NCBI GenBank assembly: GCA_030704615.1
Contig: CM060733.1
Coordinates: forward strand, 56,916,001 to 56,980,000
Source of the DNA: Takakia lepidozioides
Lineage: Eukaryota > Plantae > Bryophyta
Direction of reading: 5' to 3'
Length of the DNA: 64,000 nt
Positions 23,005-35,125 of this stretch are shown piece by piece (position 1 is the stretch's first letter; each line of letters begins with the position of its first letter). The translations under genes were made by a program, and so were the position numbers. The notes beneath the pieces were generated by a model. It had not been told where the DNA came from. It saw nothing but the letters and a program-made list of their open reading frames with translations, and searched no databases.

Positions 23005-24590
23005 TTAGGTGAGATTGCCTTCTGTGCACATGTGTTGTGGGATGTTGGATGACTGGCCGCTTGTGTATGCACCGCTCTTCTGGTGGCTCTTTTGAGAGGT
23101 CACATGGAACAATTGCACAGCTGCCTCCAGAGGAGTCTGGAAAATATAGAGAAGATTCCCAAGCCCAGCTCCCTCAACCTCATAACTGAGATATGACCCC
23201 AAATATGCAGATGTGCAAACCCTTGGACTGAATCTTCCAAACATTGGTCAGGCCATGTTCGCAACCAAACGCCACGTCCTTTCATAAACATCAACCTCCC
23301 AAACCCCTACTCCTGAAACAGATAGATGCTTGACATTGTTGAGTAATTCAACTAATAGAAGGCGCCCTGTTGATTCAAATAGAACGGAAGGCACGACGTC
23401 TGTGTCATACATGGTAATACCCAGACACGCTGTAGGGAAGGGTGTTTTGCAAACACCAGGAGCAATTTGGAAATATTGGAGAGTTCAAGTTTGTTTTATG
23501 CGCAATTGTCATGGCAAACAAACAAAACTGGGTGAATGGAGCTATAAGGCCTGGACAAGGCACTAAGGCCCGCATGGCTGCCTCTGGCGCTACCTCGCGG
23601 ACCAATAGTGAGGAAGAGGAGAGAAGAGCCATTGCAGCAAAAAAACAAAGAGTGCTTACATTTATTTCTTGCCTACATGCATACAGGGATTGCAAAGAGG
23701 GAGTGACAAAGAAATTATAATTGCTCTAGATCACAGGGAACCATGTACATGCACTCGATTGATCCATCATCTTGCTTTGGATTGGAAACTCTTCCGTCAC
23801 TTCGTAAAATCAGGCCAAGTAGCACTAATCTATCTAGCAGGTAAAGAAGTGGGTAATGCCTACCCCATCAATGCGCTTCCTGGTGAAGATCTGTATGGAA
23901 AAGGGAAACAATAGTTTGTGCATGGAAATTACCCTGATCCAAATGCCCTCATTTGTTGGAGACACAAGTGGTAGATTACAGATTACACCGCTACAGAACA
24001 CAGTAGTTGATTTCCTTGCATTTGTGGCATTATAATGGTTATCTGTTTTGTAGCAAGTGAGCTTCCAGTGCTTAGTTTTGGAATCATATATCTCCGTACT
24101 ATGTATGGGTTCATCACCTCTTATGGCCGGATCCATGTACAGGCTTTGCTCTTCTATGATGCAGAGGAGGCAATTTCTTCCAGGACTTGGTGAGACACAA
24201 AATCCCACAAAAGGTGATTTCACAGTGCAGATATTGTAAAGCAGAAGCCCACAGGCTGCCCAGCAGGGCCTCCAGCCAGTTCTGGTTTGGTCTATGGAGA
24301 AATGAAGAGTGGAAGTAGGGGAAGTGGAGTAGTACCACTCACCTGCCCCAGGGTGTATGCGTGCCTCGCCAGACCCACGATTTTCATAAAGAAATAACCA
24401 GGATTTTTGACGGGGAACTTCGGTTCTGGGGCATTGCCGACTTGGAATCCAGCCAAAGTATATCTCTCTGCCCCATTTCTCCCTGGCCTCGGTGGTTGCT
24501 GCTTGGCTGTATATCTCCTAGTATAGACAGGGAGTTTTAATAATCTATTGATGCTCCGCGAAAAGATCTGACATCTTAATTCGGGCAAGC
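23005..24590 (-). pseudogene. F-box/kelch-type pseudogene
   Basis: Fragments in shifting frames: CLTKSWKKLPPL, TEIYDSKTKHWK, TVFCSGVIC, GVWEVDVYERTWRLVANM, GLGNLLYIF. Confidence 0.7.
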
Positions 24591-24700
24591 TGCTGTTAAC
24601 TGTCTATACCATCCCGCTAATAATTGCTGCGACCTAAAACTGACGGGGGAAATTAACGACACAAACTCTTAGACCCAGTAAGAATTTCTCGAAAAACATC

Positions 24701-25039
24701 TTAAAAGGCAGACCCACTCCCCCGGGATTGCCCAAGCAAGTGATCCTTAGCCTCATTGATCTTGGAGGCAATGTAATCGCTGCCTCCCGCATCTGGATGA
24801 TTGGCCTGCATCACCCGCCGGTGCGCCTCCTTCACCTTCTCCTGCGCGACACTCTCCCTCACGCCAAGAATTAGTGCAGCTTCTCGTCGCGTCATCACAG
24901 GCTGAAATCCCCCCTCATAGTACTTGCGCATCCGCGGCACCGCAGGCCTAGTCTTGAAGGCCTGCCACGCCTCAATCCCATACTTCCCCGCCATGGCTGT
25001 TACTGCCACTGCTACACCTGCTATCAGCGGCGTCGCCAT
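24701..25039 (-). CDS. PAM18: Mitochondrial import motor J-protein PAM18/TIM14
   Basis: 112 aa; N-terminal hydrophobic segment, YYEGGFQPVMTRREAALILGV, NHPDAGGSDYIASKINEAKD J-domain with HPD. Confidence 0.96.
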   Translation of the reverse strand: MATPLIAGVAVAVTAMAGKYGIEAWQAFKTRPAVPRMRKYYEGGFQPVMTRREAALILGVRESVAQEKVKEAHRRVMQANHPDAGGSDYIASKINEAKDHLLGQSRGSGSAF

Positions 25040-26046
25040 GAATCTCTACTGTATCCACTGCCAAATCTCACACCCAATTCTTTTCTCTCCTTCTCTCTGC
25101 CTTCCCAGAGTCTCCTCCCTCTCTCCCTCTCTCTTTCAAGACCGGGAGACTTTTACACTGATACCTACTTACCGGGAAACTGCCTGGAGTGTGGCCTAAG
25201 AAATGGGTCCCCTCCATTTCCTCTTTGGGTTACTTTTGGCTGTTCATTTCTGATTGTCTCCCTGATATTTAGATACATATGTTTTTTATGTAGTAATAAA
25301 AGTAGGATTTTCTTTGCTTTCTTGATGTATTCCTTAAAGAGAAAAGTGGGCTTCACATTTTGGAGCATTTTGTAGACTAGGACTTGAGAAGGACATTGAA
25401 TTACTACAACATGACATAGGTTGTGATTTTGTAGTGCAATTGGTGCACTTCTCCTTCAGACAACATATCCAAAGAATAGGGGTTGTGGGATGGATGTAGC
25501 CGGCGCAGTGTTAAATTTTGTAGAGCACATGGTTTTAGTGAACTGCTTTTGACAGATCTTTGGACCCAAAAATCAAACATGGAGTCATGCGTCTGCAACA
25601 CAAGCAAGCCCGTTACTGCAGCAGCAAGCTGCCTCTTGAATTTGGAGTTTCACTGTAGCGTATGCCAACTGTTCTCTGTGATGAGGTCGAATCCATCACC
25701 TGCAGCTGACATGATTCTTTCATTTGGAGTTCACAACTGGGATCTCAAGAGTCTTGTCTGTGATTGTGATCAAATCTCAGAGCGTCTCCAGCTTCTGTGA
25801 CAATGAGTATAATATATATTGACATGTCTGAAGGAATCAAGCTTTGGTACCTCACCCGCATCATCCTCAATCTTTTGGAGATCCCCTTGATCAACCTGTT
25901 TGGTGCCAAACTTTCAACCCTCCATGACTTCGCTGCTACTGTCCAATCAATCATGACTGAGTTGTGATCATCAACATGGGAAGCTCACTGAGAGTACTGT
26001 ACTGTACTGTACTGGAATGTTGACAGGCTTTCTTTCCTGCCTCAGT

Positions 26047-27978
26047 TCACCAGTAATCCTTACAAGAACAAACCCCATCTTGGAAGTGGTGAAAGCGGTT
26101 GGCATCTCGTACAACCACTGCTCGTCCAACAATCTTGGAAATGAACTTTGTGGCAGTGTGGCAATCACCACATATCCGCAGGTTCTTGATGACAAAGATG
26201 TGCATTCCAGGGGGGGTGCTGATGAGTCCAAAAGCAATGGCCAGCCTCTCACTGTGGTGGCAAAGAGAAACTTCCTTTTGCTCCTCTTCTAAATCACGTA
26301 ATACAAAGCGCGTGTCAGGTATGTACCCCGCTTCCTTCATCTGCCCAGACAATTTCTTTAACTCGGCATGGATTTCATTGATTTGTGGATGCAATTTGTC
26401 GTCTGAAATGAATGTATGCACCCAGCTGTTGACCTCAATGCAGCTGCGTCCTGCCTCCTTTCTGACACCTTGGTCCTCCATCATTTTTCTCACCCTTGCC
26501 ATATTTTCCCACCTGCCAGCTGCAGCATAGATGTTTGATAGCAGCACATAGGCTCCAGCCTCCTGTGGATCCTTGTTGAGAAGGCACTTTGCCGCACGTT
26601 CTGCTAGCTCCACATTTCCATGCATTCTGCAGGCACCAAGTAAGGCCCCGTAGACTGAGGCATCTGGTTCAATTGGCATCTTGTGAATGAAGTCATCCGC
26701 TTCATCCAATCGCCCTGCACGGCCAAGAAGGTCCACCATGCAGCCAAAATGCTCCAAGGTTGGAGTGAGGCCATGATCCCGCCTCATGGAGCCAAAATGC
26801 TGACAGCCTTCATTCACCAACCCCACATGGCTACATGCAGAGAGAAGAGACACAAAGGTGATACCATCTGGTTTTAAGCCTTCCAGTTGCATTTGTTCAA
26901 ACAATTGAAGGGCATCCCTACCACAACCATGCTGGGCATATCCTGCAATCATGACATTCCATGAGACCACATCCCTTTGAGCCATACTGTCAAACATTTG
27001 ACGAGCGCTCTTGACACTCCCACATCTGGCATACATATCAACAAGAGCATTCCCCAGAATGATATCTGGCACAATTCCAGTTCTGTTGATGTCAGCATGG
27101 ACACTCCTACCCTTTTCCAAGGCTCCTAGGCTGGCACCAGCATGGAGAACACAAGTGAATGTGACCCTGTCAGGCATCACCCCTTCCTGTTGCATTTGCT
27201 CATAGATCAAGAAAGCTTCCCTACCACACCCGTGCTGAGAATATCCAGCGAGCATGGCGTTCCATGAGACCACATCTCGTTGAGCCATATTGTTGAAGAC
27301 TACTCGGGCATCCTTTACACTCCCGCACTTGGCATACATGTCAACAAGGGCATTTTCCAGGTTAATATATGGCACAATTCCAGTTTTGACAATGTCAGCA
27401 TGGACCTCTTTGCCTCTTTCCAGGTCGCCTAAGCTGGCACACGACTTGAGAGCACAAATGAACGTCACCTTGTCGGGCGCAACCCCTTCTCGTTTCATAT
27501 GTTCATAGATTTCAAAAGCATCCTCAGCATGCCCATGCTTAGCATATCCTGCCATCATTATAGTCCGCGAGAACAGATCTCGTTCAGGCATTTTTTGAAA
27601 GACTTGGAGTGCATCCGCCATGCTCCCACATTTAGCATACATGTTAACAAGTGTGTTCAGTAGGAAGAGATTTGGTTTGAACCTACTTTGGATAATGTGG
27701 GCATGCACATGCTTTCCCCCTGCTAGATCTCTCCTGTTGATGCACTCCTGCAGGAGACAGACGTAAATGTTGCAGTCTGCCCAACGGCCTTGTTGGTTCA
27801 AATTGTGAAGCACATCTTCCAGTCGTCCTGCCTTATACAGTGCCCTTGCATACCCACAAGCACCAGATGAGTACTTGTTCACTCCTTCTCTTAGGCCTTC
27901 TTCAAAAGCAATGGTGATGGTGTTGGAGGTGCTACTTCTCCAAGTTTGATGTCCAACAAACAATTGTGCCTGATTCAA
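26047..27978 (-). CDS. PLS-E1-E2-DYW PPR protein (PPR2), C-to-U editing factor; true 5' end unresolved
   Basis: 643-codon frame with PLS triplets, E domains, HHSERLA, NLRICGDCH and terminal CSCKDYW. The PG box reads EAGRSCIE. The ORF begins at TTG; no in-frame ATG precedes the first PPR. Confidence 0.93.
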   Translation of the reverse strand: MNQAQLFVGHQTWRSSTSNTITIAFEEGLREGVNKYSSGACGYARALYKAGRLEDVLHNLNQQGRWADCNIYVCLLQECINRRDLAGGKHVHAHIIQSRFKPNLFLLNTLVNMYAKCGSMADALQVFQKMPERDLFSRTIMMAGYAKHGHAEDAFEIYEHMKREGVAPDKVTFICALKSCASLGDLERGKEVHADIVKTGIVPYINLENALVDMYAKCGSVKDARVVFNNMAQRDVVSWNAMLAGYSQHGCGREAFLIYEQMQQEGVMPDRVTFTCVLHAGASLGALEKGRSVHADINRTGIVPDIILGNALVDMYARCGSVKSARQMFDSMAQRDVVSWNVMIAGYAQHGCGRDALQLFEQMQLEGLKPDGITFVSLLSACSHVGLVNEGCQHFGSMRRDHGLTPTLEHFGCMVDLLGRAGRLDEADDFIHKMPIEPDASVYGALLGACRMHGNVELAERAAKCLLNKDPQEAGAYVLLSNIYAAAGRWENMARVRKMMEDQGVRKEAGRSCIEVNSWVHTFISDDKLHPQINEIHAELKKLSGQMKEAGYIPDTRFVLRDLEEEQKEVSLCHHSERLAIAFGLISTPPGMHIFVIKNLRICGDCHTATKFISKIVGRAVVVRDANRFHHFQDGVCSCKDYW

Positions 27979-28159
27979 CCCTGCCGTTCTGCATGACTCA
28001 AATCTCGTACTTAGAAACCTTTGACCTCAGCCTCATATAGCATATCGAAGAAAGATCACTTCTTGAGGACAGACTACTGCTACCCAAATAATACGGTTGC
28101 ACAAACATTGCAGTTATCAACTTTGGGATTTATTGTGTGGGATATATATGCCTGAGTTA

Positions 28160-28722
28160 ATTCAAACATCAAGACAACACCTGATGTATTCTCGGCCTGG
28201 AGCTCCATGGTGCACATCAACATTAGAACCACTATGAGACTGTGCTCGCCCTTGTATCATGGCAGCTAGCTGCTTTCACCCAACGTGGGTTCGACCAACT
28301 CTCGATCCCAAGGACCTCCTTCGTTGGACTTTTCTTCTGTGAAAACCACGGTGATAGCTTTCAGCACAGCCTCGTACAGACCAGGCTACAACCACCCAAG
28401 ATCGACACTGAACATTTTAGGCCAAATTTTTGAACACGCCACCTTAAGTGCGCTATTCTGCATTAGAAAATGACTGATCCAAACAATCAGAATCGACAAC
28501 AATTTTTTTGGCTGAAGTCATAGTCCAGTCTACAAACATCCATCCGATCGTCTACCAAAGAGTATCTACCAATTCTTGAAACTAAAGATGATTGGGTAGC
28601 AACAGAGATAGCCTCACCTTATCAGACCTGTTGTCCCACCACTGTGAAGAATCTGACATGAACTCCTTCCAAAGCTGTTCTATGCTGATTGCTTGCCCCT
28701 CATGCAAGCACCAGTAAAACAT
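28160..28722 (-). pseudogene. Decayed upstream exons of PPR2 encoding an OSB-type PDF motif
   Basis: Exon 28722-28618 MFYWCLHEGQAISIEQLWKEFMSDSSQWWDNRSDK|gtgagg; exon from 28336 (gtggttttcacag|) KKSP-TKEVLGIESWSNPRWVK/QLAAMIQG, with the PDFKHK core deleted and a frameshift. Confidence 0.75.
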
Positions 28723-29299
28723 AGATCTTTAGCTTATTCTCATTGCCTGAGTCTTAACTGACGAATGCTAGAGCGGGCTACCAAGCGGATCCCTACCGCT
28801 TGGGGGCCCCTCTACTCAAAGTGGGCAGCTGCATGCTGCATGCTCGCACTTGGGCTAGGGTACGCTCTTGTGCTCAACTGCTAAAAGTGAAAACTCTCTT
28901 GAAAAGGTTCATAATCCCAAGGGGGAACTGGCACTTATGCCAAACCTAGAGCTTCATGTGTAGACGCGGTAGCGTGAATAGGCCTATGTGATGAGCTACC
29001 TAGGATGCATTTTTCTGTGGAAGCTGATTCTGGACAAACCAACCCGAAGCTGATTGCTTTGACCTCTTTTTCCGGGGCTTCACCCTCATTGATGAAGCTT
29101 ACTATGAGATATCTTACTGCACTAGCTTTCGCGGAAGTAGAATTGGTGGGCTTTTACCACATAACTCAGCTGCTGATGTTTTAGAACAGCTCCATGTTCT
29201 TCCCCACAAATCAATGCCTCGTCACGCAATTGTGGTCCAGTACATGAATCCTAACTGGGAAAGGGAAGCAGTAGCATTATGCATCACCGGAAGGATTCG

Positions 29300-30392
29300 T
29301 GCATGGAGGCTGCAGGTGTCAGGGTCAACGTTGTGCCGAAGTTCAAGATTGGTATTCCCCCTGATGCATTTTCAACATCCTCATTGATCCTGAAATTAAA
29401 CGTCTCTTCAAAAACATCCAGGTGAGTGTTAAGCTCGAGTCCTTCTCATTTGTTATCAAATGGGCGGTGAATGTTTCATTGCCTACGCCTTTGTTGAGCT
29501 TCGAAGTCCCAGGGCGCCACATTTGCTGTGCCTTCAATGCAGTCTTGCTTGTAGCTCATGATGTTTCAGCCGAGTTTTTGAAACGAGAAATGTCCAATTG
29601 GACCAGGTGGACATTTTCGGTTAAGAGCATACAGAATGTTAAGTACCGGAAAGTAATTGAGGATGATGGAGACTGGGGAGGAGCTGGAGCAGGAAGCAGG
29701 CTGGAGGTTGTTTGTGGTTCTCAGGCACCAGTGTGAGTGTGTCTGTTTGGACTGTAAGTTGTTGATTGTGCATTTCAACGTTATGTACCTGTGGGATAAC
29801 TGTAGGGCTTGCCCCCAGAGTGCATGAGATGGTGTCTATTATGGACAAGATTATTAGATCAGATGACCTATGCTGAGATTTGCATATTGTAAGTGACTCA
29901 GCACAGGGCCCAAATCCAGGCATGGAGCAGGTGAAGACGGATGTTTATGTGCTGCCTTATATCCTCCAGCCGATTGTCATTTGTTGTGCACAGATGCTGA
30001 GAGCACACTCTCTCCCAGATCCATGCCTGTTATCAATGCAGTTTCATCCATGCCATTATACGTGGACAAATTATTGCATACTTCCCAGCTCTATCAGAGA
30101 CTAGGTTTGATGGCCGCCCTTCAGCTCTGGCGTGAGGATGTTCTCTGCAGGTGGGTGGAGGGTTAGATGAGTATCACAACATCCACTGATACTTTCGTGA
30201 TGAGGAAGTTATGGCTGACCAGGCAGATCTGCGCTTTTGCAGGTTACGTGCTGGCTTGCTGAACTGGGGTTCATGAAGCGGTTTGATGGATCCTGGAATA
30301 TTCAACCCTGCATTCCTTGATGCGGCAGGCAGCCCTGTGCCAAGTTCAGAAAGAGATTCAGAGCATGTCGCTTCCCTTGTGACCTTGCAGCA
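29300..30392 (+). pseudogene. DUF220 / polyketide-cyclase (SRPBCC/START-like) pseudogene
   Basis: KIGIPPDA/FNILIDPEIKRLFKNIQ|gtgagt, ag|NVKYRKVIEDDG/LEQEAGWRL/LWFSGT, GFMKRFDGSWNIQP, VASLVTLQQ|gt resemble plant DUF220 proteins; several frameshifts. Confidence 0.72.
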
Positions 30393-30855
30393 GGTGTGTA
30401 CTCCTTTTAAGAGATAATATGTAAGAGGTTGCAACATTCCTGGATGCTCAAGGAAGAATGTCATTTGTTGCTTATCCATGTGGCTGTCTATCTTTGGATT
30501 CCAAAGTAGAAAGTTGGACATCAGTCCCGTTCCTTCTCCTCCCCTTCCAAAAGAAAGAAGATTGCTCTTATGCCTGCAGAAGTCAGGGGGGTACAAGCTA
30601 TTTGAGAGCAATGGATGTCCAAGCACACTGAAAACAAATGTGGGGTGTTCTGACAGGGGGTGCAACCAGCAATTCTGCCACCACCACCATTTATGCAATA
30701 TATGCGAGGCACACAACAAAGACAACCAAGTGTTTTTGCTAGACTTGCAGGCAGAGGAATACGACTGCGCCAAGGCACACCAGTACATCCATGAGTGGGG
30801 AATTAAAGCAGTGTCATTGCTATGCAGGATGAGGTTAATGGTCTGGTAATTTCGA

Positions 30856-33199
30856 TTGATGGCCGTAAGGTTAAGACAGTTTTTATTCAATCTCCTTCCA
30901 AATAGAAGTGTAGAGTTCACTCTGTACTTCCAAAGATACATGAGTGTGGAAAAGCTTGTAACAAACAGTTTTGAGTCATCTAGGATAGCAGGGTTGGATC
31001 AGGTGTGTAGATCAGCCAGTTCCAGCATGACCATTGCTTTGGAAAGAGGACCAAGAGAGGGGCTGAATAAGTACTCCTCTGGCACTTGTGGGGTTGTCAC
31101 AACACCATGTGAGACAGGACCACTGACAGAGACGGGGCACATTTTAAACGAACAAAGCATTCTGGCAGACTCGAACAAGTATGCCGATCTCTTGCGCGAG
31201 TGCATAAAAAATGAAGACCTTCAAATGGGAAAGCAGGTGCACTCCCACATTCTCCAAACTGGATTCAAGCCTAACATCTCTCTACTCAACATCCTACTCA
31301 ACATGTATGCCAAATGCGGGAGCCTTGTGGATGCACGCCAAGTGTTTGACAAATCACCTGACCGAGATGTGTTCACATGGACTACAATGATGGCAGGATA
31401 TACTCAACATGGGTATGGTAAGCGGGCTTTCGAGATCTATCACCAAATGGTACAGGAAGGGGTGATGCCCAACACCATCACGTTCATTTGTGTTCTCAAG
31501 GCTTGTGCCAGCCTAAAAGCTCTGGAAATGGGCAAGGAAGTCCATGCTGACATCATCAGAGCTGGAATTGCGTCTTATATCAATTTGGAGAATACTCTTC
31601 TTAACATGTATACCAAGTGTGGGAGCATCAAGGATGGCCGCAAAGTGTTTGACAACATGGTACAACGTGATGTGGTCTCATGGAACACAATGATTGCAGG
31701 ATATTCTCAGCATGGGTGTAGTAGGGAGGCTTTCAAGATGTATAAGCAAATGACACAGGAAGGGGTAGCGCCTGACAAGGCCACATTCATTTGTGTTCTC
31801 AACGCGTGTGCCAGCCTAGGAGTCCTGGAGGAGGGCAAAGAAGTCCATGCTGACATCATTAAAACTGGGATTGCATCATTCATAAACTTGGAGAATGCCC
31901 TTGTCGATATGTATGCCAAATGTGGGAGCATAAACGATGCACGGGAAGTGTTTGACAATATGGCTCAACGAAATGTGGTCTCTTGGAGCGCAATGATTGC
32001 AGGATATGCTCAGCAGGGAAGTGGTAGGCTTGCTTTTGGGATGTATGAGCAGATGATACGGGAAGGGGTAACGCCCAATAAGGTAACATTTATTTGCGTT
32101 GTGAATGCATGTGCCATCCTAGGAGCCCTGGTAAAAGGCAAAGAAGTTCATGCTAACATCCGCAAAACTGGAATTGTATCATATATTAATCTGGAGAATA
32201 CCCTGGTTGACATGTATGCCAAATGTGGGAGTGTGAAGGATGCACGTCAAGTGTTTGACAGTATGGCTCATCGAGATGTAGTCTCATGGAATGCTATGAT
32301 TGCGGGATATGGTCAGCATGGGTGTGGCAGGGAGGCGCTCCAACTATTTGAACAAATGCTAGTGGAAGGCTTGAAGCCGAACTGTGTGACCTATGTATGT
32401 CTTCTGTCTGCCTGTAAACATTTGGGCATGGTGGATGAGGGCCGTCACTACTTTGATTCCATGAGTCGAGATCATGGCCTCACTCCTAGAGTGGAGCATT
32501 TTGGCTGCATGGTGGACCTTCTGAGCCGTGTAGGCCGATTGGATGAGGCAGAGGCCTTCATTAGCAAAATGCCAATTGAGCCAGGTGCTTCAGTGTGGGG
32601 AGCCTTGCTTGGTGCCTGCAGAATTCATGGGAATGTGGAGGTAGCAGAACGTGTAGCGAATTGTCTTCTTAAGGTGGATCCACAGGACGCTGGAAATTAT
32701 GTGCTGCTATCTAACATTTATGCTGCTGCTGGTAGATGGGATGACCAAGCAAAGGTGAGAAAATTGATGCAGGACAGGTGTGTCAAAAAGGAGCCAGGAC
32801 ACAGCTCCATTGAGGTGGATAACGGGGTGCATACATTTGTTGTAGAAGACAAATTGCATTCCCAAATGGAGGAAATCCTGGTGAGTTGAAGAGATTGTCT
32901 GGGCTAATGAAATACTTTGGGTATGTGCCTGACACACGCTTCGTCTTGCATGATGTGGAGGAGGAGCAAAAGGAAGTTTCTCTTTGCTACCACAGTAGAA
33001 GCTGGCCATTGCTTTTGGGCTTATCAGGACGCCCCCTGGGAGATCTCTTCTTGTCATCAAAAACCTTCGTGTTTGTGGCGACTGCCACACAGCCACCAAG
33101 TTCATAGGAAAGATTGTTGGGCGAGCAATTGTTGTACGCAATGCCAACCGCTTTCACCACTTCCAAGATGGGGTTTGTTCTTGTGGCGACTACTGGTGA
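30856..33199 (+). CDS. PLS-PPR protein (PPR3); 677-aa ORF ends after E2/PG box, DYW domain frameshifted
   Basis: ORF 30856-32889. The DYW sequence continues out of frame (LKRLSG...[26 protein letters not shown] / KLAIAFGLI...NLRVCGDCH...CSCGDYW*, stop 33197-33199) with 1-nt deletions near 32879 and 32996. Confidence 0.9.
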
Positions 33200-33929
33200 T
33201 GCATGGGACAGCTTAAAAATGTGAAGGATGGGCAAGGTCATCTTCGCCCTTATTCTTGTAGGCAGGCAGTAGTTGAAAGAAATTTATTCATGTGAGCTGC
33301 TGCCTATGGCAGTGATCACAATTCCTGTACAGTTTGAACAGCAGCAGTGAAATGACCAAAATCCCATTGGAAATTATGGCAGATAGTTCTGACAAAACTG
33401 TGCCAGAAGCTTTCATTTGATGCATATGAGCTACTTTAAGATATCTCTTAATTTGTCAGGACAACGGTTATGTTAATAAGGTAAGATTCATATGCCCTGA
33501 GTGTAGCTTATATTCTCCCTGCCATTTATCTATTCAGGATTTCCTCACTCTCTCTCTCACCAAAAGCTGAGATCAACCGTGGTGGTTCTACAGCTACGCA
33601 GGTGCCATTAATGCAGTTTTTTGTACCCCGCTCCGCATGAGCCATGACCTGTACCTTGAGTTGCTTGGGGAGCATTTGCAGCCTTGCGACATGGTGGATT
33701 ATGATTAAGATGTGGTGAAGATGAGGAGGATGAAGATGTCTACCTCATTTGGGCTTCAAAAGGTGGGCTGCTTTGCATTTCTAGAACTGCTTTGGTCACC
33801 CTCTCTTGCATGATAGACAAGGTCCTGGGTTTATCGTGGCAGGGTTAAACTAAACTCTTAGGTCGGACGGAGGATTATCTTATTATTGGATGAGAACTGT
33901 CAGCTGAATGTACGTAGCGGCAACTTTCG

Positions 33930-35125
33930 AGAAGGTTCTCTTCTTCAAGCCTTCAGGAGATGAAAACCCTTGCTGCGGATTGCCTAGCAGTTTCTCTGCT
34001 TCGAGGAGATGGAAATCTCATTGTGGATCGCAGTCTGACCCTCGCTCTGAGTGCCGGCCCCTTCCCCTCTGTCATTACTCTAGCTCTGTGCTTGCCTCCA
34101 TTGTCTCGACAAATGATGAGCCGAGTGACAGGGATTGGTGTGCATGACAGCCATAAAGACTTGGCTTCCCATGGTATGAAGGATCCCGGAAGTACATAAG
34201 GGCGGCACCCAGTTTGGATCCTAGTTGTATAGTGGTTCTGAGTTTCAAGACAATGGAATCTACAGCACAGAGCTAGAGTGAAACAGAGGAGGAGGGGCCA
34301 GCACACACCATTTTACTTCTGGGCAGACTCCATCTCGTGGTGAGTAGCGTGCAGCCCGCCCTCGCTCTGAGTGGGCCGGCCCCTCCTCTTCGGTCATTTG
34401 CCTTGCCCTGGGGTTCCATTGTCTCAGCCAAATGATGAGTGGAGTGGTAGAAATTAGTGTTCATGAAAGCCATAGAGACTTCGATTTCGATGGTCTGAAG
34501 GTCCCTGGGCGTTGGAAAGTTGCAAAGCACGTAAGGCGGCACCCAGTTTGGATCCCAGTTGTATAGTGGTTTTGAGTTGCGAGACAATGGAATCTATAGC
34601 ATAGAGCAAGGGTCAACCAAGGAGGAGGGGCCAACACACACCATTTTGCTTATGGGCAGACTCCATCTCGAGGTGAGTTGCGTGCCTTGCTACTGATCGC
34701 AGTCCGCCCTCGCTCTGAGTGCCGGCCCTTCTCCTCGGTCATTTCCCTTGCTCTGTGGTTCCATTGTCTCGGACAAATGATGAGTGGAGTGGTAGGGATT
34801 AGTGTTCATGAAAGCCATAGAGACTTCGCTTTCCATGGTCTGAAGGACCCTGGGCGTTGGAAAGTTGGAGCGGCACCCAGTTTGGATTAGCTGTATAGTG
34901 ATTTTGAGTTGCAAGACAATGGAATAAAAGCACAGAGCAAGGGTCAAACCGAGGAGGAGGGGCCAGCACACACGATTTTGCTTCTGGGCAGACTCCATCG
35001 TGAGGTGAGTTGGGTGCTTTGCTGTGGGCCACAGGTTCTCTTCTTCAAGCCTCGAGGAGATACACCTTGCTGCTGCCCTCGCTCTGAGTGCTGGCCCCTA
35101 CTTCTATGTCATTATTCCGGCTCTT
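33930..35125 (+). repeat. Tandem array of three full and one partial 320-370-bp foldback units
   Basis: Anchor ccctcgctctgagtg at 34039, 34359, 34707 and 35076; each full unit has an ~55-bp imperfect inverted repeat enclosing ~135 nt. Confidence 0.92.

Noticed and set aside
26047-26400. U-to-C (DYW:KP/GRP-type) editing domain
   Set aside because: The domain has canonical HSE, CxxCH and a DYW terminus, i.e. C-to-U type.
34400-34560. Hammerhead ribozyme or retrozyme in the tandem units
   Set aside because: The CUGANGA...GAAA core and flanking stems could not be assembled.
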